Shown: positions 7,690 through 17,530, numbered from the stretch's first letter. The stretch: DNA of 64,000 bases from a virus (IMGVR_UViG_3300020044_007046:2102-66101), one strand, 5' to 3'. Notes: a model not told the origin generated them from the sequence alone. Numbers and translations are program-made.

Positions 7690-8674
7690 ATAGTGCCTGT
7701 GATGCTAAGTTTTTTTGTTTTGATTCGCACATAATATCACTGTGTGGAAGAAAGCTAAGTGCCCACTTGTTTACTTCACGATTCCAGTAATAATCACTAT
7801 GAGCACGAAGCTTAGCACTAGTAAATTTCATAGACTTAAGTTGTTGCAAGTCTGGTCGCATAAAAGGATCGTGATCTACTAACACATCTTCTCGTGACAC
7901 ACTATAGTGAATAGTAGGTCTAACACCCCGCCATGAATCAACCACACGTTTGAAGCGAGAATCGCATGGAGTAATATACTCGCCACTATGAATCCAGTGG
8001 TGGTGAATGTCTAGGACAAGTGCACAGTGGTCTACTAGTTCTAGACTTGCGTCAAGACCCCAGGTAAACTCGGCATTTTCGATGGTTAAACAGTTGCGTG
8101 CTTCGGGACTAAGGCGTTTAAGAGCGCGTTTAATGCCGTCAGGACCTTGCTTGCCGCCAATGTGTACATTGCACTTGAAGTCTTGAAATTGCTTGCCGTA
8201 GCCCATGTACCTGATAAGGTCGCAGTGATACTCGAATTCTGTGATTGAGTTTTCAACGACTTGATCTTGCTCACTGGCAAGCACACAAAATTGACCTGGG
8301 TGAAAGCTGAGTTTAATATCGTGTTCACGAGCAAAGTCACCACACATCGATAAGTGTGCTTCTAGTTTTGCAACTACATCGGGTTCAAAATAGAACGGCA
8401 TATAGTCTTCGTATGTGTAAGCAGGCAGCAGGTCGCTGGTAATGCGAAACATACGTTGTCCAGGAGGTTGTTTGGCAACCCACTTGAGCTGACGATAAAG
8501 AGCATTGACATTATGGTCAAGCAAACCCCACAGCTTTGATCGAGCGCCGTCTTCAGTCTGGCGTTTTAGATAGCTGATAGTTGTAGATTTAGTATTTAAA
8601 TCTGGGTGAGCAGTATCCTCAGCTGACTGAATCTTACAGGCAAAGCCAATGCGTTTGATATTTTGATTGAACAT
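7676..8674 (-). CDS. uvsE: UV-damage endonuclease (UvsE/UvdE)
   Basis: RIGFACK, MFRITSDLLP, LSFHPGQFCVLAS, LTIENAE, VLDIHHHW, LRAHSDY. Confidence 0.9.
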   Translation of the reverse strand: MFNQNIKRIGFACKIQSAEDTAHPDLNTKSTTISYLKRQTEDGARSKLWGLLDHNVNALYRQLKWVAKQPPGQRMFRITSDLLPAYTYEDYMPFYFEPDVVAKLEAHLSMCGDFAREHDIKLSFHPGQFCVLASEQDQVVENSITEFEYHCDLIRYMGYGKQFQDFKCNVHIGGKQGPDGIKRALKRLSPEARNCLTIENAEFTWGLDASLELVDHCALVLDIHHHWIHSGEYITPCDSRFKRVVDSWRGVRPTIHYSVSREDVLVDHDPFMRPDLQQLKSMKFTSAKLRAHSDYYWNREVNKWALSFLPHSDIMCESKQKNLASQALYEQI

Positions 8675-8734
8675 AGTGTGCGGTATTTGTGCGTTAATTG
8701 TTTATTATAGCAGTTTAAGCAAGGCGTGTCAAGT

Positions 8735-8968
8735 CTACAAACCAGTTAGTCGAACACAAACTGGGCAAACGGGATTTTCGTCTAAGTCTAGTACTAGCTG
8801 TTGAGACCATATGTTACAGTGTGAGCATTGATCAATTATGCTCATTAGTACATGGTCTTCAATATCGTCAACGTCTATATTTAGATCGTGACAGGTTTGG
8901 GTAAGAGATTTGCGCGTTTTATTTAGTATTTTAGCAAGTCTTTTATAATTAGGGCTTATATCGATCAT
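8735..8968 (-). CDS. Hypothetical protein with zinc-ribbon (CxxC...CxxC)
   Basis: CSHC and CPVC motifs. Confidence 0.65.
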   Translation of the reverse strand: MIDISPNYKRLAKILNKTRKSLTQTCHDLNIDVDDIEDHVLMSIIDQCSHCNIWSQQLVLDLDENPVCPVCVRLTGL

Positions 8969-9449
8969 CTAGCTCTTTATGAGTCTTCTCAAATTCGAGC
9001 AAGAACATAATGCAACAAGCTGCGTGAGCCAAGTGCGATAGTCCAGACTCGGGGTCTTTGTCTTCACCAGCGTTAAACGCTGTAATATGACGCATTGCTG
9101 CGGCTAAGGGTCTGCTCCACACAAAGCCTTTACGCCAGTTGTGTGCTGCATATTTATCTGCGCCAAATTGTAACACTGCTGCAGTTTGGTTCATTGCTTC
9201 AGTACTCAATAAATGAAGCGGTAGTTTGCCATCATCAAACTTTAGTGCAGTTCCAAACTGTTTTTCGATTGCTGCTACAGTTTCGGCAGGAATCTGTACA
9301 TTGTCTGGAATACCAAACACTGTTTGGTGTTCTATCTGTTTTTTAATATACATTGTATCGCCTGTGTCAGGATCAGTAAGGGAGATTATATCGTCTTGTT
9401 TTGGCATAGGAGTTGGTTGTGGTTGGTTGTTTATAAATTGAAAAGTCAT
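8949..9449 (-). CDS. dATP/dGTP diphosphohydrolase N-terminal domain (DUF5664) protein
   Basis: KFDDGKLPLHLL...VLQFGADKYAAHNWRKG...AAMRH...DPESGLSHLAHAACCIMFL. Confidence 0.85.
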   Translation of the reverse strand: MTFQFINNQPQPTPMPKQDDIISLTDPDTGDTMYIKKQIEHQTVFGIPDNVQIPAETVAAIEKQFGTALKFDDGKLPLHLLSTEAMNQTAAVLQFGADKYAAHNWRKGFVWSRPLAAAMRHITAFNAGEDKDPESGLSHLAHAACCIMFLLEFEKTHKELDDRYKP

Positions 9450-9451
9450 GT

Positions 9452-9649
9452 TTAAAACTCATCGTTTACTTTGGGCATAAATAGTCGGGGAATTGTTTTC
9501 TTTTTCTTTAACTGTTTTAACAGTTCTGGATTAATTTCACTGCGTAGTGAAGCAATCCCTCGCTGACGACAGTGTTGTTCGTATACTGGTAATAACACAT
9601 CTAAGATCAATCTTTCTAGCTGTGCAGTATAATTTGGTTGTGTTGACAT
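9452..9649 (-). CDS. Hypothetical protein
   Basis: 65 aa ORF; first gene downstream of the leftward promoter. Confidence 0.6.
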   Translation of the reverse strand: MSTQPNYTAQLERLILDVLLPVYEQHCRQRGIASLRSEINPELLKQLKKKKTIPRLFMPKVNDEF

Positions 9650-9669
9650 TAAAATTCTCCGAGTGCCTT

Positions 9670-9770
9670 TATTATATCATTCTGGCAAATATTTTTCAAG
9701 AGTATTTGAGCTTTAGGTTAGCCCAAACCTTAAAAACACACTTGCCTAACGTTTGGTCTTGTGATATAAT
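9670..9770. promoter_or_regulatory. Divergent sigma70-type promoter pair at the strand switch
   Basis: Minus strand TTGAAA-17-TATAAT; plus strand TTGCCT-17-TATAAT. Confidence 0.7.
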
Positions 9771-9798
9771 TGAAAGTTCATTCACACATCAAACAAGC

Positions 9799-10116
9799 AT
9801 GAGCTACGATATATTAATTAATAACTTGGTTAATGGGGAAACTGTTACAGTAACTAGACCAGACGGTACTACTTATACAGAACCCAGACCACCAAATCGC
9901 ACAGCATTAGCAGCGGCTAAAGCTATTCAGAATCTGCAAGGTCAACTAAACTTTGGTACAGCTGCTATTGCTCAGCTTACACAAGAACGCAATGAACTTT
10001 GGGAACTTTGTGATAAAGTTCAGCAAGAAAATAAAAGGCTGCAAGATGAAATTAACATTAAAACAAGCACTAATACCAGTGCTAATGGGAGTACTAGTAG
10101 CTCTACCCCTGGATAG
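9799..10116 (+). CDS. Coiled-coil hypothetical protein
   Basis: Start taken at MSYDIL, downstream of the promoter. Confidence 0.6.
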   Translation: MSYDILINNLVNGETVTVTRPDGTTYTEPRPPNRTALAAAKAIQNLQGQLNFGTAAIAQLTQERNELWELCDKVQQENKRLQDEINIKTSTNTSANGSTSSSTPG

Positions 10117-10525
10117 GGCTGAAAGAGCAATTAATACTGCATATCAAACAGTAAAAGCCACACAACACGAAATGTTGTGTTTGGCTAAAAATATTTACTT
10201 TGAAGCCCGTGGCGAGCCTATGCGGGGTAAAATAGCAGTTGCACAAGTTACGCTAAATCGTGTAACACATCGCACCGAATTTCATTCAAACATTTGTGGA
10301 GTTGTATATGCAAAACATCAATTTTCGTGGACTGTGGAACGGCATCGTGAACCACGTGGGCCAGCTTGGCTTGAAGCTCAAGCACTTGCTAAAGCGGTCG
10401 TCTTAGGCACGGCACATTTACCAAATTTCAACGCACTATACTTTCATAATTTGACAGTAAATCCTAGTTGGAATCGAACAAAAGAATTAGTTGCCAGAAT
10501 AGGTAATCATATCTTTTATGCTTAA
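10046..10525 (+). CDS. SleB-family cell wall hydrolase (Hydrolase_2)
   Basis: N-terminal hydrophobic segment, then CLAKNIYFEARGE...AVAQVTLNRV...QFSW...IGNHIFY. Confidence 0.9.
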   Translation: MKLTLKQALIPVLMGVLVALPLDRAERAINTAYQTVKATQHEMLCLAKNIYFEARGEPMRGKIAVAQVTLNRVTHRTEFHSNICGVVYAKHQFSWTVERHREPRGPAWLEAQALAKAVVLGTAHLPNFNALYFHNLTVNPSWNRTKELVARIGNHIFYA

Positions 10526-10608
10526 CCAAAAGGGCAGACAGGCTAATTATTTTTGGCTTGCTGCCCTTTTTGTTTTCTGTTATAATAATGGCTTAACAGA
10601 GAAATTTT

Positions 10609-11367
10609 ATGAAAATCAGACTGCTCTCAGACCTACACACAGAATTCCGTTTACCATATAAAACTCACGCCTTGAGTGAATATCATGGTGAAGATGTGCT
10701 TGTTTTAGCAGGTGACATTGCCTCAGGTGCTACAAACACACAGGATGTTATCAAATTCTTTTTAGATCAAGGTTTTCCTAAAATCGTTTATGTACCTGGT
10801 AACCACGAATATTATGGTACTACTATCAATGACTTTGACGATAAGATGTTAGACTTTTGTGAGCGTACACGCAACGCACATTTTTTACGTCCTGGCACAG
10901 TTACCATTGATGGTGTGTTATTTACTGGCGGCACACTATGGACTAACTTTGCAGACAATCCTATAGTACAAAGCGTTTGCGGTCGTATGATAAATGACTT
11001 TCGTCAAATCAAAAACTTTAAAACCAGCTCTGCTTACGATCTATACTACAAACATCTAGACTATATTCAACAAAGTTACAACTATCGTGCCGATAAGAAA
11101 GTAGTTGTAGTCACACACTTTTTACCAGCCCGTGAGTGCATTGCACCACAGTGGCGGGGTAGTGATTTACTCAACGACTACTTTGCTAACGATTTAGGGT
11201 CAATGATCACTGATATGGAAAACACCACTTGGTTGTTTGGACATACACATGACGCTATGGACTTCCAACTTGGCAATACTCGTTTAGTCTGTAACCCACA
11301 CGGATATTATGGTTCTAGCGAGCCAGGCACTAACGGATTTGATCCACACAAAACTATTATAGTATGA
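10609..11367 (+). CDS. Calcineurin-like metallophosphoesterase
   Basis: SDLH, AGDI, GNHEYY, VTHFLP, GHTH motifs. Confidence 0.9.
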   Translation: MKIRLLSDLHTEFRLPYKTHALSEYHGEDVLVLAGDIASGATNTQDVIKFFLDQGFPKIVYVPGNHEYYGTTINDFDDKMLDFCERTRNAHFLRPGTVTIDGVLFTGGTLWTNFADNPIVQSVCGRMINDFRQIKNFKTSSAYDLYYKHLDYIQQSYNYRADKKVVVVTHFLPARECIAPQWRGSDLLNDYFANDLGSMITDMENTTWLFGHTHDAMDFQLGNTRLVCNPHGYYGSSEPGTNGFDPHKTIIV

Positions 11368-11528
11368 AAAATTTAACTGACTATTTTAATTTACTGTTAC
11401 TGGCTATGTTAGGCGATCACGAGTTGGTTAAACGTTGGTGGGATACACCAAACTTAGCTTTTGATAACAAGTGTCCCAAAGACGTAGACGAAAACAAAGT
11501 TAAATCTTACCTTGAAGGATGCCTTTGA
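11364..11528 (+). CDS. Small protein resembling the Xre/MbcA/ParS antitoxin toxin-binding domain (54 aa)
   Basis: Manual translation ...VKRWWDTPNLAFDNKCPKDV..., similar to the W-x-x-x-P-N-x-A-L-x-x-x-x-P motif. Confidence 0.5.
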   Translation: MKNLTDYFNLLLLAMLGDHELVKRWWDTPNLAFDNKCPKDVDENKVKSYLEGCL

Positions 11529-11737
11529 AAAAACTAGAATATTACGAAATACGCGAAAACTGTAAGCTCATAGACTATAGCTTACTGCTTGCTGGCAAAG
11601 GCAAACTTTGGGTCGAAGTCTACAGAGACAACCAATACGAATACCGAGCACTGTTTCCAGACGTTGAGAGTTGGTCAGCAGTGCCTATGACAATTTTAAC
11701 ACACAAACTACATGAAACACAAACTGATTACCGCTAA
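11519..11737 (+). CDS. Hypothetical protein
   Basis: 72 aa ORF in the operon. Confidence 0.55.
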   Translation: MPLKKLEYYEIRENCKLIDYSLLLAGKGKLWVEVYRDNQYEYRALFPDVESWSAVPMTILTHKLHETQTDYR

Positions 11738-12635
11738 AGTTATTGCAGACAGCGTATGCCCACAAGGTGTACGCATGACTACTATGGAGATTGAGTATCC
11801 GCGTTTTATCTTAGCAGAACTCAACACACATCGTATGTTGTCAAAGAATAGTGCTAGTTCACGGGCTATTCCTGTTAAGGCTATGCACGACTTTATCAAA
11901 GAAAACCCTGCTACTCCTGTACACTGGGGCAAAAACCAACCAGGCATGAAAGCCAGTGAAGAACTGGTTGGTGTTGATTTAAAAGAAGCACATCGACTAT
12001 GGAATCGTGCTAAAGAAGATGCACTACATTGGTCATGGGCATTATCTGAACATCTAGGTTTGCACAAACAAATTTCTAACCGCGTTACAGAGCCTTGGAT
12101 GACAATGAAAACTGTTATCAGTGGCACTGAGTGGACTAACTTTTTTCACTTACGCAATCATGCAGACGCACAGCCTGAGATTAAGGCACTAGCAGAAGCA
12201 ATGACTGTGGCTTATACAACACATTTACCTGTTGAACTAAAACCAGGTGAATGGCATTTACCTTATATTACTATCGGAACATATGTACCTACTGGTGAAC
12301 TACAGTATTTTGACGAAAACTTTAATCGTCTATCTCTTGAAGACGCTAAGATCATTAGTGCTAGCTGCTGCGCTCAAGTTAGCTATCGTAAAAACGACCC
12401 TGGATTTACAAAAGCATTTAAAATCTGGGAACAATTAATTGAAAACGATCCTGTACACGCCAGTCCAATTGAGCATCAAGCCACTCCTATGGATATTGAT
12501 AGTATGTCTAGGTTTGAACCTGAGACCTGGCAATTGGGAGTTACTCATGTCAGTGCTAATAGCGATCTATGGTCAGGCAACTTGCGTGGCTGGATTCAGC
12601 ATCGCAAACTTATTCAAAATGAGGCGGTATGGTAA
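11712..12635 (+). CDS. thyX: FAD-dependent thymidylate synthase
   Basis: YPRFILAELNTHRMLSKNSASSRAIP and the HASPIEHQA phage Thy1 signature. Confidence 0.9.
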   Translation: MKHKLITAKVIADSVCPQGVRMTTMEIEYPRFILAELNTHRMLSKNSASSRAIPVKAMHDFIKENPATPVHWGKNQPGMKASEELVGVDLKEAHRLWNRAKEDALHWSWALSEHLGLHKQISNRVTEPWMTMKTVISGTEWTNFFHLRNHADAQPEIKALAEAMTVAYTTHLPVELKPGEWHLPYITIGTYVPTGELQYFDENFNRLSLEDAKIISASCCAQVSYRKNDPGFTKAFKIWEQLIENDPVHASPIEHQATPMDIDSMSRFEPETWQLGVTHVSANSDLWSGNLRGWIQHRKLIQNEAVW

Positions 12636-12802
12636 ATAATCAACCACTTAAACGCTGGGTTGTTGAGCTAATCGAGGAAGGTGAAGATTTAATACTTCCG
12701 CTTAACGATGAAATAATAGAAGCCACTGGCTGGAAACCTGGTGACGAACTGCTTTGGGAACAAAAAGCAGGCAATGCTTGGACATTAAGGAAAAAACCAT
12801 GA
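12629..12802 (+). CDS. AbrB/MazE/SpoVT-type DNA-binding protein (57 aa)
   Basis: Manual translation ...EDLILPLNDEIIEATGWKPGDELLWEQ... Confidence 0.65.
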   Translation: MVNNQPLKRWVVELIEEGEDLILPLNDEIIEATGWKPGDELLWEQKAGNAWTLRKKP

Positions 12803-13170
12803 TAGTTATACTCTACACAGAAGACTTTGAACCTATTATTCCCATTGACTTACCGCTTTGGTTACTAGAGCGATTAGAGGTTGAGGGTCAGGTACGTGTA
12901 GCTGTTAACAGACCAACACAGTTTGTTGATTCAAAGATTCCTGTAGGTAACTTAGAACCCAACATACCCACTGTGCGTATTCGCTGTGAGCGATTGCGGT
13001 GGCGGGATGGCTCACTAAAAACACTTTTAGTTACCGAAGACGAAGAACTTGCACTGAGCCTAAACCCAGAGTGGTTGCCTGGTCAGCGCGCCCCTATTCA
13101 AATGTATATGGGAGCTATGCGTAAGATGCATGAAGAACTAATCAAACAAATCAGAAAAAATCAGAGTTGA
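12799..13170 (+). CDS. Hypothetical protein
   Basis: Start taken at MIVILY (AAGGA RBS, ATGA overlap). Confidence 0.65.
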   Translation: MIVILYTEDFEPIIPIDLPLWLLERLEVEGQVRVAVNRPTQFVDSKIPVGNLEPNIPTVRIRCERLRWRDGSLKTLLVTEDEELALSLNPEWLPGQRAPIQMYMGAMRKMHEELIKQIRKNQS

Positions 13171-13220
13171 CTCATAGTCTAATCTTTAGTATAATATATA
13201 TTATTGATTAGGAGAAAACT

Positions 13221-13648
13221 ATGTTTTATTGCGTGTGTTGTTCAGATACTGTTAACCCATTGCGTTGGCAGTTAGGCAGGCATACCTGTCTTCCGTGCGG
13301 TGAAAAATCTGCACGACAGCACAAACACACAATAGTGCCTATGCCTAAATCAAACTACATTGTAGTTACCGACAAGTCACTACTCCTAAACTTAAACTCA
13401 TCTCACAAAGGGGGCAGATAATGAACATTGACCGCGAATTTATCAAATGGTTCTATGAAGAACACTATCCTGAACAGGGATCAAATCGTCGCCAATGCTA
13501 TGGCATGACTGCAGGTACAACCAACATTGACGTTATTGACTACTGGATGCGTGAAGCTTTTCGTGCAGGTGCAGCCAGTCAACACTATCAAATTGGTGAC
13601 ACAACCGAACAACAAGCCTTTGACAAACAACGAGAATATAAACTATGA
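13221..13648 (+). CDS. Zn-finger protein (13221-13421) and hypothetical protein (13421-13648)
   Basis: CVCC...CLPC motif; TAATG coupling; upstream TTGACT-17-TATAAT promoter. Confidence 0.65.
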
Positions 13649-14304
13649 AAGTCGTAATCGGACCTTACAAAAACTGGATCGGGCCTTATCAGATTGCTGA
13701 AATGCTGTGCTGGTGGGTTCCAAAGATTAAAGATCCCATGGACATTATTGCACGCAAACCTGACTGGGTTCATGACTTTGGCACTTGGTTGGCTAATGAC
13801 AAGAATGGTGAAGATTCCAAACTCACCAAGCTATGTCAGTGGGTTGAATCAAAACGTCATCGTCAGATTTACATTCGCATAGACAAGTACGATAGTTGGA
13901 GTGCAGACCACACAATTGCACTGATTGCAGTTCCACTGCTCAAGCAACTACAGATTACCAAGCACGGAGCACCCAATGTTGATGATGAAGATGTTCCTGA
14001 GGGTCTAGGACTTCGTAGCTATGAAACTGACAAATTGCCCAAGTCTGAATACGATGTTGATGAGAACCATTTCAAGCGTTGGGACTGGGTACTTGGCGAA
14101 ATTATCTGGGCATTAGAACAAAAGACTAGTGACACAGCTGACTCACAGTTTTATACTAAGCTGGATCCTGATTTAAAATCCAAAGATATTAACACACAAA
14201 TGGGAAATATTGTGGTTGACATGGCGGGAATGGAATCTTGGCAGCAACGTAAAACACGTGGTTACAAGCTATTTGGCAAATATTATGAAAACTTATGGGA
14301 TTAA
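13645..14304 (+). CDS. Conserved phage hypothetical protein
   Basis: 219 aa; IRIDKYDSWSADHTIALI...RWDWVLGEIIWA, a motif commonly seen in large phages. Confidence 0.75.
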   Translation: MKVVIGPYKNWIGPYQIAEMLCWWVPKIKDPMDIIARKPDWVHDFGTWLANDKNGEDSKLTKLCQWVESKRHRQIYIRIDKYDSWSADHTIALIAVPLLKQLQITKHGAPNVDDEDVPEGLGLRSYETDKLPKSEYDVDENHFKRWDWVLGEIIWALEQKTSDTADSQFYTKLDPDLKSKDINTQMGNIVVDMAGMESWQQRKTRGYKLFGKYYENLWD

Positions 14305-14305
14305 A

Positions 14306-15583
14306 CATGACTATTGAAACTGTAATAATTATTTGTGTAGCAGCAGCATTTTGTTGCTATTTAGTATATCGTTGGCAAACTGCTGTGGTCGATAGCGTAG
14401 TTCCTCCAGCACCTGAACCTTATCCAGTTCCACTAAACGAACCAGAGCCAGTACAACTAAACCCAGTAAACTGGCCTTTTCCTACATCTCAAAAACCATA
14501 ACTCAACCACCTCAAGGGGGCTCAGGCTAATATTTATTGGCTTGAGTCCCCTTTTGTTTTGTGTTATAATATACTATTACAAAGGAGATTATTAAAATGA
14601 TTAAATTAGCAGATAATAGAGTAGAGATTCCCCTAGACTTTTCAGACGAAGAACTACTTGTGCTTTTTAAACAAGCACACGAAGCAGACTTGACATTCAA
14701 CGACTTTGTTGAAAAAGCCTTAACAGATTACTTGGAACAAATACAAAATGAGCATAACTTACTCAACAAACTGGATGGGACCGGTGTCGATGAACTGGTA
14801 CCGAGACCGTGGCCTTACCCGAACTGAGCACCATGTTGGTGACCATGACTGTATGCTTTATAGTGCTGGCGAAGCCTTTACATCAGAAACAATTACCACA
14901 CACTACAGCTGTGGTCGCATAGACGTACACAACGTTCCTGGCGAGCCTTATGGTGACGAGATTGGTGTACCACCAATGCTAAGCACAGACTGGCAACACT
15001 TTTCCAACTGGCTAGACGACGTACAAACTTGCAGCGTATGGTCGTTGCAAGACTTGGTGACCGCATACGAACATCAAACAAACACAAAAATAACTTGGGA
15101 CACACATGATTAAACCAAACACACTTTGCATGATTCGTGGTATACTACCCACAAGTCGAGGCTATGATGCCAACGGCATGATTGTGGTTGCCACAAAGCC
15201 TGAAACTATTGTAGGCAAACCAGCTTGGTATATACAACCACACCTACACTCACGCGACGGACTATTCCTAGGCGTGCTACAAGAAAACCTGTTTCCATTA
15301 CTAGATCCACATGATAGTGAATTGGACACACACTCAACTCGCGAGCTTGCCCATGAACATTAACCAACTATTACAACAAGCCTCACACAAAAATGGTGAG
15401 ATTGACATCTTGCACTACACAAACCTAGTCCTACAAGAAGCCTGCAGACTAATCAAAGAAACACCTACTACCGCAGCATTTACAACATTTGATCTAGCAG
15501 TAGCAGAAACACAAAGAGCTGATTGCTTTAAATCAGTTTACAATTTAATCGTAGAAAATATCAAAAATGGCAACAACTCCTAA
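14306..15583 (+). CDS. Block of small hypothetical ORFs (about 14306-14501, 14597-14827, 14748-15113, 15106-15363, 15353-15583)
   Basis: Co-oriented, overlapping ORFs from the track; no function recognised. Confidence 0.6.
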
Positions 15584-15929
15584 TTACTCAATTCCAGCTT
15601 ATCAAGCACTTAAATCTCCTACTCAAGAAGTACTAGCTGCTGAAGTGTCCAAAGATTTGCCGCCTACAAGCTTGCGTCAAGCACAAACCAACTTTCTACT
15701 AGATAAACTGCAAGAAGAAGCGGCTGAGGTAATTCAAGCAGTTAACAAAATTCGCAGATTTGGTGAAAACAACAAGCACCCTGAGCGTAATACAACCAAC
15801 AAACAAGACTTGGCTAATGAACTAGAAGATTTTCTTGCAATTCTCGCAGCTCTTGAGTATACAAAGTATCTTGATTTAGTTCCGCACCAACAAAACATCC
15901 TCCACAAGACACATAAGCTAATTGTTTAA
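15567..15929 (+). CDS. MazG-like NTP pyrophosphohydrolase
   Basis: LQEEAAEVIQAVNKIRRFG...DLANELEDFLAI (ExxE...ExxD). Confidence 0.75.
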   Translation: MATTPNYSIPAYQALKSPTQEVLAAEVSKDLPPTSLRQAQTNFLLDKLQEEAAEVIQAVNKIRRFGENNKHPERNTTNKQDLANELEDFLAILAALEYTKYLDLVPHQQNILHKTHKLIV

Positions 15930-16314
15930 CTGACCCTAAACTGTAATAAGTACGCTAATTTAAACTGCATACCCTTATGCAGCAACTGTATCAAAGACGT
16001 TGCCATTCTATACCGCAAGTGTTATAATAATTATAATTCGCAAAGTTTGTAATCAACTTTTACAATATGCATAAAAAAATTACACTTGTATATACACTAT
16101 CAAATGTGCTATAATTTAGTATAACTTGTTAAGAGTTAAAGACTAGACTGATTTTAGAAATTGCGTAAACCATCATGTGTGGGAGGGGTCCCCCCAGGGG
16201 TTGGGGCCTACATAATATGATGCGGTTTAGGGTCAATTTGATAAAATCTGTGTCTAGTCTTATTGCTTATCGACTATTACTGTATCTAAAATAAATCACA
16301 TATATTAAAATAAA

Positions 16315-17112
16315 ATGCTATTTAAAAAACAAGAATTACATTCAATCGACTTTGAACCCACTTATGGTAAATCGGTGGAATCTTTTGAAGTTTGGGCTGA
16401 ATCACACGAACTGTCCCACCTTTCCAGTTGGTTGCTGCCCCAGCTTGTTGCCTATTTTGGTAACTGGACTTTAGTTTATACAGACTCTGGTTCAGTTGAT
16501 TGTTTAGCGACTATTTACCACAACTGCCCTGACCCTCAGTCTAGGGCATTTTACACTTTGAGCAGGATTAAAAGATCAGTCCTAGTCTCAAACCAAACCA
16601 AGAGTCCTGATTACGCAACACTTACCCCGCTTATCTTAATGGGGCAAAAGCGTATGAGAGGAGTCAGTTACGAATCTTGGAGAACAGCTAAAGATCTTAG
16701 CTGGATGCTTGAGCCTAGGCTTTATGAAGCCCTAATGCTGGATCCTATGGTAGTAGAAAATTGCTGCAGTTTAGGGTCAGAAAGACTTATTGAAATTAGA
16801 GACCAAGGTCTTTTAGCTCGAACTGGAGTAAAAGCAGGCCAAACAAAGCCTGCTAAATCTACTTGGAGCTTGACTGGAATTCAAGACACAGAGTTAGGTA
16901 GTTTGCCAAAATTAACACAAACTATCCTAACTCAATGTTGGTTGGCACACCCTGAATCTAGAACATCTTATATGATCCTAGATCTACAAGACTGGGACTC
17001 AATGCCACAACCTTTAGTTACCAATGACATTTTTAAAGCACCAGTGCAAAAACCAGAACCAACCAAGAAACTAACAAAAGAGAAGGCAGAATTGCTGCCA
17101 TGGGACCTATGA
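16315..17112 (+). CDS. D2: T5 D2-like protein
   Basis: TLTPLILMGQKRMRGVSYESW...RTGVKAGQ...QCWLAHPESRTSYMILDLQDWD..PQPL...PW matches the T5 D2 pattern as recalled. Confidence 0.75.
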   Translation: MLFKKQELHSIDFEPTYGKSVESFEVWAESHELSHLSSWLLPQLVAYFGNWTLVYTDSGSVDCLATIYHNCPDPQSRAFYTLSRIKRSVLVSNQTKSPDYATLTPLILMGQKRMRGVSYESWRTAKDLSWMLEPRLYEALMLDPMVVENCCSLGSERLIEIRDQGLLARTGVKAGQTKPAKSTWSLTGIQDTELGSLPKLTQTILTQCWLAHPESRTSYMILDLQDWDSMPQPLVTNDIFKAPVQKPEPTKKLTKEKAELLPWDL

Positions 17113-17462
17113 AATACACCAAAGAAATCACAGACAAATTGATTGCAGACTATAAGGCAGGAGTGCCTGTTGCGGTAATAGCTCAAGGGCTAGATGTACC
17201 AGAACGTAGTGTGATTGCTAAATTAAGCTCTCTGGGCGTCTATACCAAGAAAAGCTATGTCAACAAGCGTGGTGAGGTACCAGTTAAAAAATCGGAGCAC
17301 ATCGAGCGTATTGCTGAGCTATTAGACGTGGATGAAGAATTGCTGGAATCGCTGGAGAAGGTAAATAAAACTGTACTTAAGCTAATTGAACACAAATTGG
17401 CCCAGGTTGACCCTAAACTGCCACAACTTGGCACAAAATCGGAGTTATTTGCACTTAATTGA
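17109..17462 (+). CDS. D3: T5 D3/A2-family DNA-binding protein
   Basis: RSVIAKLS...VY...VKK..H...LESLEK motif; directly follows D2 as in T5. Confidence 0.7.
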   Translation: MKYTKEITDKLIADYKAGVPVAVIAQGLDVPERSVIAKLSSLGVYTKKSYVNKRGEVPVKKSEHIERIAELLDVDEELLESLEKVNKTVLKLIEHKLAQVDPKLPQLGTKSELFALN

Positions 17463-17493
17463 CCCTAAGCTGAGCAAATCAGCCTAATTAAAA

Positions 17494-17530
17494 GAAAAGC
17501 CCACTTAAATTGCTTTAAGTGGGCTTTTTT
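17494..17530 (+). terminator. Intrinsic terminator after D3
   Basis: AAAGCCCACTTAAA-TTGC-TTTAAGTGGGCTTTTTT. Confidence 0.8.
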
